A stretch of 64,000 nt of DNA, taken from positions 53,630,001 through 53,694,000 of the forward strand of contig OX597826.1 of the NCBI GenBank assembly GCA_951406725.2. Direction: 5' to 3'. Of the stretch, positions 38,883 to 52,159 are shown one piece after another. Both the position numbers and the translations under genes were made by a program. Every line of letters starts with the position of its first letter. The stretch's first letter is position 1. The DNA comes from Octopus vulgaris (taxonomy: Eukaryota). A model generated the notes under the pieces. It had not been told where the DNA came from, did not search any database, and saw only the letters and a list, made by a program, of their open reading frames with translations.

Positions 38883-38894
38883 TATATATAAATA

Positions 38895-39092
38895 TATGGT
38901 GGCACATAAAAACCACTACCCATTCTGGTAGTATGTAAATAGCAGCCACTATTCACTCAGAGTAGTTGGCAATAAGGAAGGGCATCCAGCTGTAGAAACA
39001 TTGCCAGATCAGATTGGAGCCTGGTGCAGCTGCTGGCTCTCCAGACCTCAGCCAAACATGGGAAAACGGACGTTAAAGATGATGATGATGAT
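38895..39092 (+). mobile_element. LINE 3' UTR copy, (GAT)n-tailed family
   Basis: ggaagggcatccagctgtagaaac...ggacgttaaagatgatgat; inverted relative to the copy at 38297-38530. Confidence 0.7.
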
Positions 39093-39112
39093 TATATATA
39101 TATATATATACT

Positions 39113-39328
39113 GTTTATTTGCCAACAAAATGTGACAGTCCTATAAAGGATGATGTTACTACTGTTTTAGCCCCAGGGAAACAACCTTTCCAGCTGGCGA
39201 ATGACACACAGTCTGTGTCCTTATAGCATTTGCAAGGAAGATAGCCAGCTGGAAAAGATGTTTCCTGGGGCTAAAACAGTAGTAACATCGTTCTTTATAG
39301 AACTGCTATGTTCTGTTGGAAAATAAAC
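39113..39328. mobile_element. Fold-back MITE-like element, ~85-bp inverted arms with a 45-nt spacer
   Basis: Arms 39113-39198 and 39244-39328, e.g. gatgttactactgttttagccccagg / cctggggctaaaacagtagtaacatc. Confidence 0.8.
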
Positions 39329-39385
39329 TTTAACCATTCAATACTGTTATTGTGTATCCCTTACTCAGAGATTTAAAACAAGCTG

Positions 39386-39456
<71 letters not shown>

Positions 39457-39744
39457 GTATGCATATACACATGTGTGTGTGTGTGTGCGTGTGTTTGTCT
39501 CTCATCACCATTTGAAAACTGATGTTGATTTGTTCATGTCCCCATAACTAACAGTACCAGACTCATGGCATAAATATTGGCATCAATTTGTTTGACTAAA
39601 ATCCTGTAATGAGGTGCCCCAGTATGGCTGCAGTCCAGTGACTGAAACACGTAAAAGATAATTCAAAAGGATAATCAAATAATACATAAGACATAATGCT
39701 AGGAGGAGTAAAATATTGAACATACTGAGATATCGGTATTAATG

Positions 39745-39959
39745 TCCTTTCTACTATAGGCACAAGGCCTGAAATTTTGGGGAGGAGACTAGTCAATTAC
39801 ATTGACCCCAGTGTTTCACTGGTACTTAATTTGTCAACCCCAAAAGGATGAAAGGTAAAAGACGACCTTGTTGGAATTTGAACTCAGAACATAAACATGG
39901 ACGAAACGCTGCTGAAGATTTTGCCTGGAGTTGCTAATGATTCTGCCACCTCACTGCCT

Positions 39960-40021
<62 letters not shown>

Positions 40022-40388
40022 CCTTTCAACTAAAGGCACTAGGCCTGAAATTTGAACGAGGGGACTAGTCGATTACATTGACCCCAGTGTTACACTGGTG
40101 CTTAATTTATCAACCCCCCCAAAAGGATGAGAGGCAAAGTTGATCTCGGCAAAATTTGATACGAGGAAATATAGGCAGTGAGCTGGCAGAATCATTAGTG
40201 CAATGGGCAAAATACTTAGCTGTATTTTGTCCATCATTATGTTTCAAGTTCAAATTCCATCGAGGTTGACTTTGCCTTTTATTCTTTCGGCATTGATAAA
40301 ATAAGTACGAGTTGAGCACTGGGGTTAATGTAACTGACTTACCCACCTCTCCTAGAATTGCTGGCCTTGCGCCAAAATTTGAAACCAA
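39745..40388. mobile_element. SINE family B cluster (-39745-39960, -40020-40150, +40172-40388) with (AAT)n
   Basis: Family motifs ctttgcctttcatcc and aagtaccagt in both orientations. Confidence 0.75.
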
Positions 40389-41333
40389 TGTCAATATGAG
40401 GACGAAGAACTAATGCTAAAACCTTCCTGCTGAAAATAACATCACAACTGAGGACACACTGGATAATAAATAGCCTTAAAAGACAAGATAGTCATGGCTA
40501 GAACTCCTTTGGTTGTACGTCTTTGGTGAAAGCGGTGGTGATGATAGTGATGATGATGATGATGATGATGATAGTGGTGGTGGTGGTGATGATGAAAGTG
40601 TTGAAAAGGTAGGTGTGTAATAAAAACTGTGATGAAGATGATGGTGACAGGTATGTGACAATGCTAGGACTGAAAATGTAAGTTCTAAGTCATGAAGATG
40701 GTAATAGTGATGATATGGATGATGATGATGATAATGATGATGACGATAATGGTGAAGATGATGATAATGGTGAGAAGTTGATGATAATGATGCTGGTGAC
40801 TTTGGCATAAGTGATGATGAGGATAAAGTATATCAAGAATTTTGACGGAATTAAGAAAAACTGGTTAACCACCACCCCAAGAGAAAAGGGAAAACAAGAG
40901 AGAGAAAGAAACAAGACTGAACACAATTTTAAAAGGAAACTCTAAGGCAATCTATTATCCCTGAGGAATATTGTAAGGAATTTTCTTAACCAAGCAAATA
41001 AAATGGGTAGTGACAGAAAGTAAAATTGAAACCCAGAAATGGTTCCCTCGCCCCATTAAGAGAAGGGCTGCTCGAATGACAGGCATTTAAACACTAATGG
41101 ACATGCAATAGCCTCCAGTTCATAGGTGTGCTGTCTCCTCTCTTGGTCTTTTCTGTTGCTGCTATAATGGATGCTCTATCTTGGAGCTGATTGTTCTTAT
41201 ACCTCCAGCACTCAGGCACATACATGTCTGTATGTCTATGTATGTGTGTGTGTATATATTTACATATATATATATATATATATATATCTCATCATCATCG
41301 TTTAACGTCCGTTTTCCATTCTAGCACAATATG

Positions 41334-41386
<53 letters not shown>

Positions 41387-42311
41387 TATATAAAGAATTA
41401 AAGGTAATGCTAGGCAATTTGGTAATAATTCTTCTTATTATTGATATATGTATATATTTTTATTTTTTCTCTCAAGTTTCAGCTCAGAGCTGTGGCCATG
41501 CTGATGCACCGCCGTTTTGCTATATATATATATATATATATATATATACGTAACTCATGATCCTATATGGCTATACAGGTATATATGTATAAAAATACAC
41601 ACATAAGTAAAGGAAATATATACTTAAATATATGCACATATATTCATACATAACACACAAATATACACATATATATTCATACACATGCACATATCTGTGA
41701 ACACATATATACTCATATGTGTGAATATATATACATATTCATATGTCTGTATGAGAGAGAGACAGAAGGAATGAATGGGTGTACATGTAACAGTAGTGTG
41801 AGAAAGAGATCATTTTCAGCTTTGATTCCATCAATAATAATCAGTAACCAATGGTAAGAAGAGAACTGTTCAAAGACATGCTGTAGTGGGGAGTCGTGCT
41901 TATATGAAATAATCTATTCAACAACATTCAACACAGACATGGAATTGTCAGCCAATTCATTGAGGCTAATATTCATGTTTCAACCCAACACACTCTTTGA
42001 ACTAAAGCATGAAAGCCTCAAGCTACGATGATTAAAATGACAATTTTAGCTAAAACGTATTAGAGTTCTCTAATATTCAACATTTAATAACAGCTACGAG
42101 TTTATAGCTTGAAACTTCGTTCCAAAGATGTGTTGACAGTTTAAAGTAGGTTAATCTACGGAAACATACATTAAGTACAACACATACAAACGTTTATCCC
42201 TGTTAACTTTAAGATCAGGGATTTGGAAGTAGGAATTGTGTAAATATAACCATTTGTTTTCAAGTACTGATCAGTTACAGAGTTATGGTCCGCAAGTCAC
42301 TTGAAGTTTAA

Positions 42312-42531
42312 CCCTTTAGCATTCAAACCGGCCATATCCGGCCTAAATATTTTAGCCCCTATTTGTTCAAAACCAGTCAGATCCAGCCTCTTACCCTATC
42401 CTACAATATTATTCCAAAAGTAAAGAGTCACATCGCAGAAATCTCACAGCTATGAGATAATGCGGGATTAATTCAATGCAATGTGAATAAACAAGCATCA
42501 CATTTGGTAGAATAATGTGAATACTAAAGGG
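42312..42531 (+). mobile_element. piggyBac-type MITE (220 bp)
   Basis: TTAA TSD, ccctttag...ctaaaggg ends, same interior as 15263-15482. Confidence 0.85.
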
Positions 42532-42621
42532 TTAAACCCCTTCCAGAGTATGGTATATTGCTCTTCTTGACTTATCTGATATAAGTCACCACATACCATT
42601 GTCGGAATAATTAAAGCTTCC

Positions 42622-42949
42622 GTCCCACTGTGTGGCACCTTGGGCAAGTATCTTCTACTATAGCCTTGGGCTGATAAAAGCCTTGTGAGTGGACTTGGTA
42701 GACGGAAACTGAAAGAAGCATGTCATATATATATATGCGTATATGTTTGTATGTCTGTGTTTGTCCTCTCACCATCACTTGACAAGTGATGGTGTGTTTA
42801 TATCCCCAGAACTTAGTGGTTTGGCATAAGAGACCGATAGAATAAGTACTAGGCTTACAAAGAATAAATCCTGGGGTTGATTTATTCGACTAAATGTGGT
42901 GCTCTGGCATGGCTGCAGTCAAATGACTGAAACAAATAAAAGAATAAAA

Positions 42950-42984
<35 letters not shown>

Positions 42985-43735
42985 CGTGTGTGTTTGTGTG
43001 TATGTATGTATGTGTGTGCTTTTGTGTCTGTTTGTCCCCATAACTTAGCAGTTTGGCAAAAGTGGCTGATAAAATAAGTATCAAGATTAAAAAAACAATG
43101 AATATTGGGGTTGATTCATCAAACTAAAAATTTTTCAAGGTGGTGCTCCATCATGGCCACAGTCTAATGACTGAAGCAAGTAAATGATAAAAGTAAAGGT
43201 AATAGCAAAGGTCACTCGCTCCAAAATACACACACAACAGGATTGAACCGAGGACCTCGTGACTGCTGAAGCGAACTTCTTACTTAATCGACCATGCTGT
43301 TTCCACAGTCTCAAGAACTTTCATCTTTTATCATTTACTTGCTAGACTGTGGCCATGCTGGAGCACTGCTTTGAATTTTTAGTCAAATGAATAGACCCTG
43401 GTACTTCTTTCTTAAGCCTGGTACTAATCCTACTGGTTTCTTTTGCTGAACCTCTAAGTTATGTGGACACAAACACACCAACACTTGTTGTCAAGCAGTG
43501 GTGGTGGGGGACAAGCACAGACAAAGACACACACATAGGTACACAGGAGTGGCTGTGTGGTAAGTAGCTTGCTTACCAACTACATTGTTCTGGATTCAGT
43601 CCCACTGTGTGGCACATTGGGCAAGTGTCTTCTACTATAGCCTTGGGCTGACCAAAGTCTTGTGAGTGGATTTGGTAGATGAGAAATAAAAAGAAGCCTG
43701 TCGTATATATATATATATATATATCTTATATTCAT

Positions 43736-43786
<51 letters not shown>

Positions 43787-44418
43787 CATACATACATATA
43801 TATATATATATATGTATATGCATATGCTTTTGTGTCAGCCTTTGTCCTTACCACCATCGTTTGACAACCGATGTTGGTGTGTTTACATCCTCGTAACTTA
43901 GCAGTTCGGCAAAAGAGACTGATAGAATAAGTACTGGGCTTACAAAGAATAAGTCCTGTGGTCGCTTTGTTCAACTAAAGGTGGTGCTCCAGTATGACTG
44001 CAATCAAATGACTGAAACAGATAAAAAAAAAAATATATATATATATCATCTCATCATCATTTCATGTCCATTTTCCATGCTGGATATGGGTTGGATGCTT
44101 TGATTGAAAACTGGTAAGCTGGGAGAGTTGTACCAGGTTCCAGTTTGATTTGGCATGATTTCTATGACTGGATACCCTTCTTAATGCCAACCACTTCCAA
44201 GAATGTAGTGAGTGCTTTTAATGTGCCACTAGCATGGGTGCCAGTTACATGCTAGTGGCATGTAAAAAGCACCCAGAAGGGGCTTCGTCCAGTTTATGTC
44301 TATCAAATCCACTCACAAGGCTTGGGTCCGCCCAAGGCCAAGGTACCACACAGTGGGACTGAACCTGGAACCATGTGGTTGGGAAGCAAGCTTCTTACCA
44401 CACAGCCATGCCTGCACC
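42622..44418. mobile_element. Cluster of five SINE family A copies or fragments in alternating orientation
   Basis: +42622-42952, +43040-43195, -43320-43535, +43537-44025, -44280-44418. Confidence 0.75.
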
Positions 44419-45046
44419 TGATCATATAACAAGAGACATATGGTTACTTCTGCAATTCTAACTTTGGTATTATATCCAAATAAATAACAGATAATGTAAT
44501 AAACAGTGTGGCCGAAAAGAAACAGGAAATGTTTAACCTAGTCTAATGAACTGTATACATTGTAGATTTGCAATAAATAATGTAAAAAAAAGAGAAAAAA
44601 AGAGAGAAGAGACAGAAGAGGATCAAAATATTTCTAGAAATTAAATTATTGATAGTAGAGTATTTTATCAAAAGAACTTTTTGAAATAATTTATATGAAA
44701 TGTTAGCTTCAGCTGCTCCCAAATCACTCTAGTACACATAAAGTGTTTCCTGATACTGTACTTACTTCTACAATAATCAATATCTATGGTTCAGATTTCT
44801 AAAAAAGCAAAACAGGCATTTCAGTGTGTCAATTATTTTTAAGCAAGGTTGTGAACTTCTTCAGTCTGTGAACTCTATAAAAAGGTTTGCAGTGTTTTCA
44901 TTCTACAAAAGAACACAGATATGTTCTTTTTTTTTTCTTCTTTTTTCTTTCTTTCTTTTTTTTTCTTTTTTTTTTTTTGGACAATGGACTATTTCCATTC
45001 TGATACTTTCTGGGTTACAGAGTTCATTTATATATGTATCTATGTA

Positions 45047-45082
<36 letters not shown>

Positions 45083-45139
45083 GTTCACACACATGCAGGA
45101 CACAGAAGCTATGTATATCTACATCTATCTATCTATCTA

Positions 45140-45174
<35 letters not shown>

Positions 45175-46118
45175 GAAGCAAGGGAGAGAGAAAGAGTGGG
45201 GGAAAGAGAGAGAGACAGAGACAGTTAGACAGACAGAGAGAACGTGAGAGACACAGGGATGGCTATGTGGTTAAAAGACCACTCCTAAACAATGTGGTTT
45301 GGGGTTCAGTCCCACTGCACAGCATCATAGGCAAGTGTCTTCTATTATACATTGTAGGATAACCAAAGCTCTGCAATTGAATTTTCTAGATATAAACTGA
45401 AAGATGCTTGTTGTATATACATCTGTGTGTGTGTGTGTTTACATTTGTGTGTGCTCAGCTACAAATAATAATGTTGTCATCATTTCCTCTGTCAACAAAT
45501 TGTCCTCTGGTTTTACACTTTTGAAGATGTAAAATAAAAGAATCCTCATTAAAAAAAAAAAACTGGTATAGGTAAGCAACAGGAAAGGCATCCCAGCTGT
45601 TAAACAATATCTCAATAATATATTTATCTAGCCCATGTTGAAATTGTTACAGTGCCAGATAAAATGTCTTGTGCTATTTGTACTATGTTTTCTGTTCTAT
45701 GGCCCTTTATGTCCTGAGATCAAATTGGCCCGTCGTTGTTTCAGGGTCAATAAAATAAACACAGCAATTAATTTAATCAACTGATATTTGTGCCTTCCAA
45801 GACCTCATGAAGAAGCAAAAGACTATTATTTAAAAAACTTGAAGGAATTTTCTAGTGCTGCCTGTGCTTGTAAGGCAGATGAAGGTACAAACCCCAGCTG
45901 CCATTGTATTTCATGCAAAAAGCAATGCCATACTGTCATATTAATGTAGTGGTATATGTATAAAAATGACACTGATAATGGTTATAGTGATGGTAATAAT
46001 GATGCTGATGATGATGATGATAACAATGGCAACAATAATGACAGTGCTGGTAGAGGTAGTGATGGCAGCAAAGATGATGACAATGGTGGGAGTAATGGTA
46101 GCAACAGCAACAGGAGTA

Positions 46119-46157
<39 letters not shown>

Positions 46158-46265
46158 ATAGTAGTGGTAGTAGTCATGATGATAATGATGTTACTACAGA
46201 TGATGATGATGATAAGTCTAAAGAAGAAGATGAAGAAAAAGATGGCATCTACCTTTTTAAGAGAT

Positions 46266-46752
46266 AAATCGAAATTGTAGTTGTGGCCAATGCCGCCCGA
46301 CTGGCACCCATTCTGGTGGCATGTAATAAGCACCATTCGAGCGGGGGTCGATGCTAGGGCCACCTGATTGGCTCCCTGGGCAGGTGGTATGTAAAAAGCA
46401 TCATGTGAACGTGGTCGATTCCAGTACCCCCTGATTGGCTCCTGTGCCAGTGGCACGTAAAAAGCACCATGTGGTAAATGTCAGTGCCCTGACTAGCTCC
46501 TATGCCGGTGGCACATAAACAACACCATCTGAACGTGGTCAATGCTAATGTCCTCTGACTGGCTCCCATGCTGGTGGTACATAAAAAGCACCTGCTACAC
46601 TCTCGAAGTGGTTGGCGTTAGGAAAGGCATCCAGCTATAGAAACCTTGCCAGATGAGATTGGAGCCTGGTGCAGCCTACTGGCTTGCCAGTCCTTAGTTA
46701 AACTGTCCAACCCATGCCAGCACAGAAAGCAGATGTTAAACGATGATGATGA
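46266..46752 (+). mobile_element. LINE 3' UTR copy with about 4-5 internal ~65-70-bp tandem units and (GAT)n tail
   Basis: Repeated gtggcatgtaaaaagcacca..cgtggtcgatgccagt..tgactggctcc units, then ggttggcgttaggaa..ccatgccagca..gttaaacgatgatgat. Confidence 0.7.
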
Positions 46753-47521
46753 TGAAAGAAGGTAAAAAAAAAAAACAAAAGCATGTGTAGTAAGGGCCAT
46801 AAAGGCTAAAGGCCCTTGTTACACATGAAACAATCACACTGATAAAAAAATGTCTATGATTTACTATTTCCTACAATGGGTTGGACAGGTTCTGAAAATT
46901 CACACATATAATAAGCATTAAAAGAACAGGAGTTTTCGCAACATGTGAAGTCAACAAGATGGATAATGCACTTTCCCAGTACTGCAGGGGAGGGGGTTTT
47001 ACGCTTTAGGACCTGTGTCTGTATCCCTAACGCTGATGCTTTGCCATAAAATGAATGCCTTTTGTTAACAGTTCAACCAAAAATAGCATTTTAATCTATG
47101 CTGTTCCTGTGAGAATGTAATTAGACATAACGAAAAAAAAAACCCAACAAAAAACAAGAAAAACAACAACTAACTCTGGTCTAAATATATTTGTCAAGAT
47201 TGCATGCAGAGTAATACCGATGCCATAAAATATTGCTCATATATTAGAATAGAGATTTATGAAAACTGAAATGAGGTTTCAGAATGTAGAGACAAGAAGC
47301 TACAATGTATTGTGTTGTGAAATAAAATCAAAATAATACAAAAAAAAAAAAAAGAAATGAAGAGAGAAGGAGAAAAAATACTGTCAAGAAAGTAAATAAA
47401 ATTGAAGTTATTAACTCAGAATCTAAATAGAAATATATATACATGTAGGTGTGCTTGCGTGTATACTTATTTCATAGATAGCTGTATGTATGCGTATGTA
47501 TATATAGATATGTGTGTGTAG

Positions 47522-47561
<40 letters not shown>

Positions 47562-47610
47562 GCATATTTATATGTATATATATACTTATATGCATATATA
47601 TATGTGTGTA

Positions 47611-47654
<44 letters not shown>

Positions 47655-47751
47655 CATACATATAAATATATATATATATATATATACACATGCATATTTA
47701 TATGTATATATATATACTTATATGCATATATATGTGTGTGTATGTGTGTGA

Positions 47752-47782
<31 letters not shown>

Positions 47783-48776
47783 CACACATCACCAACTAAA
47801 ACCACACACACACACACACAACTATCTTTGCATACTCATAAAGTACGTGTAGAAGATAAGAAAATAAGTGACGGAAAAAATACACATTTGGTAGGAATAA
47901 TTAATGTGAGCAAAGCAGTAGTAAAAGGCTTATAAGCAATATTTTATAGAATTTACAATGTTGTTGTTCTTGTTCTGGTGGTGGTGCACATGTAAAGATA
48001 ATGGCACTGATGACAGTTTATAGTGATGGTAGTGATAATGATGATGATGATGATGATGATAAAGGAAATGATGACAACAATGGTGATGGTAGTGGTGGTG
48101 GTTGTAGTGGTGGTGACAGTAGTTGTGGTGGTGGTAGTGGTGGTGGTTGTAGTCGTGGTGTTGGTAGTGGTACCAGCAGCAGCAGTAGTACTAGTAGCAG
48201 CAGCTGTAGTAGTAGTCTTGATGCTGGAGTGATGATGATGATGATGATGATGGCGACGATGATGAAGTCAACAATGATGATAATGATGACAGTGATAATG
48301 ATAGTTGTGATGATGCTGGCATTGGTGATGATGATGATGATGATGATAAGTGAGGGAGAAAGGATTATAAGTGATAAAAATCTCATGAGGATGAAAGCAG
48401 AGTTTAATAAAAATGGAATATAATTGTAAAACAAAAATGATGAGATCAAGTGAAGAGAGCATCAACACAAATGCTGTTGCATAAATAGGAACTCTCTGAG
48501 AATCTGGAATAAAATAGTTGTTGTTGTTGGGGGGGGGGAGTTCTGCATCAAAGGAATTGGTGTATTATCGTGGTACAACACAACAGACAACGAGGTTTTT
48601 GCTAGCTGAATTTGGAAGAAGGGGCAGTAAACATGGTCTTTGCAGGCCCTTCACCTCCCAAGACTGGTGACCTTGATGAAGTTACTGTTTCTGTCTGGTC
48701 AACTGTTGTTGGTCAATGGTCAGCACTTGCTGGAAACATGTGAGTAAGGAAAAGATTTCAGAGGGCTAATGTTTAA

Positions 48777-48997
48777 CCCTTTAGTGTTCGCATTATTCTG
48801 CTAAAACTAATCCTTTTTTATCCAAATTGTCTTGAACTAATCAGGCATTATCTTGGTGCTTTGAGATTTTGATGAGGTAGCTGTTGATTTTTAAAACGAT
48901 ATTGTAGAATTGGTGTGAGAGACCAGATCTGGCCAGTTTGAACATAAAACAGGCAGAATACTTTTGGCCGGATATGGCCGGTTTAAATGCTAAAGGG
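48777..48997 (-). mobile_element. piggyBac-type MITE (221 bp)
   Basis: TTAA TSD, ccctttag...ctaaaggg ends, reverse orientation of the same family. Confidence 0.85.
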
Positions 48998-49157
48998 TTA
49001 AGGAGACATCATAAGGTCTAGGCCTTGTTGCAGTGTGGTGGCTTGTGTGTGTTAACCCATTAGCATTTAAACTGACCATATCAGGCCAAAATATTCTGCC
49101 TCTTTTACGTTCAAACTGGCCAGATCTAACATTTCACACCTACCCTACAATGTCATG

Positions 49158-49862
49158 GCAAATGGAGGGTATCTGTGGGAGGGATAGATCAAAGAAGACA
49201 TGGGACAAAGTGGTGGAAAGGGTCTCCAGATGCTGGGCTATATTGAGGAAATGACCAGGGACCAGATGTGGTGATTGGCTGTATTTGATAATATGTGTCA
49301 AGCTAAGTAAAATCACTGTTTTCCATACATACAGGTTTGTCCTTTCAGATGCCAGTGCCAATTAAAAAGCATCTGTGCTGGCGTCACGTTAATGAACCCA
49401 TGCCAGTGCTGCATAAACACACCTGTGCCAGTGGCATGTAAAATTCATCCAGCACATTCTTATTTCTTTATTGCCCACAAGGGGCTAAACATAGAGGGGA
49501 CAAACAAGGACAGACAAAGGGATTAAGTTGATTACATTGACCCCAGTACATAACTGGTACTTAATTTACTGACCCTGAATGGATAAAAGGCAAAGTCAAC
49601 CTTGGCGGAATTTGAACTCAGAATGTAAAGACAGCCAAAATACTGCTAAGCATTTTGCCCGGCATGCTAACATTTCTGCCAGCATCCAGCACACTCTGTT
49701 AAGTGGCTGGTATTAGGAAGGACATCCAACCATAGAAACTATGCCACAACAGACAGTTGGAGTCTGGACAGCTCCCTGCAAGACAGCTACATGTCAAACC
49801 ATCCAACCCATACCAGCATGGAAAGCAAATGTTAAATGATGATGATGATGATGATGATGACG
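49158..49862 (+). mobile_element. 5'-truncated RTE-X-like LINE: ORF end, 3' UTR and (GAT)n tail, with a nested SINE
   Basis: MEGICGRDRSKKTWDKVV resembles G.RGRPKKTW.EVV. It runs into the ccagcatggaaagc..gttaaatgatgatgat end shared by many copies in the window. Confidence 0.65.
49461..49682 (-). mobile_element. SINE family B nested in a LINE 3' UTR
   Basis: TSD catccagcaca(t/c)tct at 49446-49460 and 49683-49697. Confidence 0.85.
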
Positions 49863-51274
49863 ACATCATTGAAATCTTGAAGCCTCAAGATAATGTGTGA
49901 TGAATTCAAAACAATGTGAATAAATAAGCAATACATTTGACAAGAGTAATATGAACGCTAAAAAGTTAATGCAATGCCCATGAGAGCTATGACTGTGGAG
50001 TGTAAGCTCCTCTTAAGGCCTCCTGTTAAGGGAGAATCCAGACCAATGTGGATTAGGTTTTCTCAGATGTAAATATGGGTTTGCATTGGGTCAACACCCT
50101 GCTACCAAGAAAAAAGCAGAGTCACAGAAGAATCACTGACAATTCAAAACCAACAAAATCTGGGAAAAGAAGGCCTTGTCTTAGGGAGGTAAGATACTGA
50201 GGTAGAGCTGGAAAGGCAGGTATCTGACAGGAGAGAAGCAGAAGACAACCTACTGTTGTGAATAGTAGAGAACTGAGTGATGGAAGTAGATGACCACTCA
50301 GCTCCGAGGAACAGGGGCCATTAAAGTAGTAATAGGAGAGACAGCATGCCTGGGGCCAGAAGCTGGAGAGTGTCTGTTAGTGATTGAATACCAATATTAA
50401 CATTTGATGGAAATGAAAAGTAGAAAACTTTATGTGTTAGTTTATCAAATGAAGTTGTGTAAATGATTGATGCCTCATCAAGGAATGTAAGAGAGTATAG
50501 AAAGATGAAACGGACAGAGAAGTGATGAGAGATAGCAGAAAGATAAAGTAGAGATATACACAACAGATATGAGTGAGAACAAACAGTAGGGAGATAGGGG
50601 GGAGAAACAGTAGAGAGTTGAGAGAGAGAGAGAGAGAGAGGGAGAGATACAGTAGAGAGATGACAATGGAGAAAGGATAATAGGGGAATGAGAAAGATGC
50701 AATTGAGAAATGAGACAATAGAGGGGAAAAAGAGAGATAACAAAGATGGGGGAAAAAGGGTATAGAGAAATGGGGAGACAATAGAGAGATGAGAAAGGTA
50801 TTAAGAAGATGAGGATGTAAATAGAGAGATGAAAGAGAGACAAAGAAAGAGGACAGTAGAGAAGTATGAGACAAAAGAGGAGAGACAATAGTGAGATGAG
50901 ATATGTGAGAGAAAGAGAGAGAGAGAAAGAGAGAATAGAAAGATGAGAGACAATAAAGACACTAGATATTTGATGAAAAAGAGACCAGGTATATGAGACA
51001 AGTAATTGTTGAAGTGGTTTTGATAATTATTTCAAATTTTGGTATAAGACCAGTAATCTTAGGGAGAAGGGGTTTCACTTGATTACACCAAGCACAATAC
51101 CTGATTGGTTGTGGAGGCGCATGGCTTAGTGGTTAGGGTGTTGGACTCATGACTGTAAGCTTGTAGTTTCGATTCCTAGACTGGCTGACGCATTGTGTCC
51201 TTGTGCAAAATGCTTCATTCATTTCACATTGCCCCAGTCCACTCAGCTGGCAAAAATGAATAATCCTGTAATTT

Positions 51275-51713
51275 TGAGCATGATCGTTGCCAGTGACATG
51301 TGACATGCTGGTGACATGTGAAAAGCACCATTCGAGCGTAATCATTGCCAGCATCACCTTACCAGCACATATGCTGGTGGCATGTGAAAAACAACATTCA
51401 AGCGTGGTTGTTTCCAATAGCATATAAAAACACCTTTTGAGCATGGTCGTTGCCAGAACCGCCTGACTGGCCCTCATGCTAGTGGCACGGAAAAGTACCT
51501 ACTACACTCTTGGAGTGGTTGGCATTAAGAAGGGCATCCAGCTGTAGAAACTTTACCAGATCAGTGGTGGTGCCCCAGCATGGCCGCGGCCTTCAGGCTA
51601 AAACATTTTTAAGGATTTAAGATCAGATTGAGCCTGGTGCAGCCTCTGGCTCACCAGTCCTCAGTCAAACCATCAAACCCATGCCAGCATGGAAAGCGGA
51701 CATTAAACAATGA

Positions 51714-51717
<4 letters not shown>
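51275..51717 (+). mobile_element. LINE 3' UTR copy, (GAT)n-tailed family
   Basis: Same tandem units and terminal ccatgccagcatggaaagcggacattaaacaatgatgat. Other copies lie at about 13040-13485(+), 27442-27960(-), 36250-36755(+), 44046-44250(-), 62165-62415(+) and 63548-63710(-). Confidence 0.65.
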
Positions 51718-51757
<40 letters not shown>

Positions 51758-51760
<3 letters not shown>

Positions 51761-52131
51761 TAGATAAATTTGTAATGGTGTCTGTCTGTGTGTCTGTTTG
51801 GAGTTACTCTAACTCTTCCCACACTGTCCAACTGATTTTAATGATTTTTGGCACATAGGTAGATCACATGCCCTGAAATTCAAATAAGGCTGGAATTTTT
51901 CGAAAACTCGATAATGCTCAGTTGGCATCGATTTTTGTGAGCTCAATCAGGCGTTTGAATTGAAATTCCCATAAGATGTTATTTTTCCTGCAGCTTTTGC
52001 ATTTTTTTCACGTGTAAAATTTCAACAAAACTGATAGAATAGTCTCTAAGGAAATGCTTATTCAATAGAAGATCAGAGGTGGGCTTAACTTCAACATAGA
52101 AAACACGAGCAACACCAGGTTCAACAGCTAG
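51758..52131 (+). mobile_element. Non-autonomous Helitron-like element
   Basis: 5' TC within (TA)n followed by tgtctgtctgtg; 3' cgagcaacaccaggttcaacagCTAG|T. Confidence 0.55.
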
Positions 52132-52159
52132 TATATATATATACATATATATATACAGA

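Larger units (their letters stand above)
49056..49965 (+). mobile_element. piggyBac-type MITE split by a nested LINE plus SINE
   Basis: TTAA at 49052 and 49966. The family sequence stops at about 49155 (cctacaatgtca) and resumes at about 49863 (acatcattgaaatc). Confidence 0.8.
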
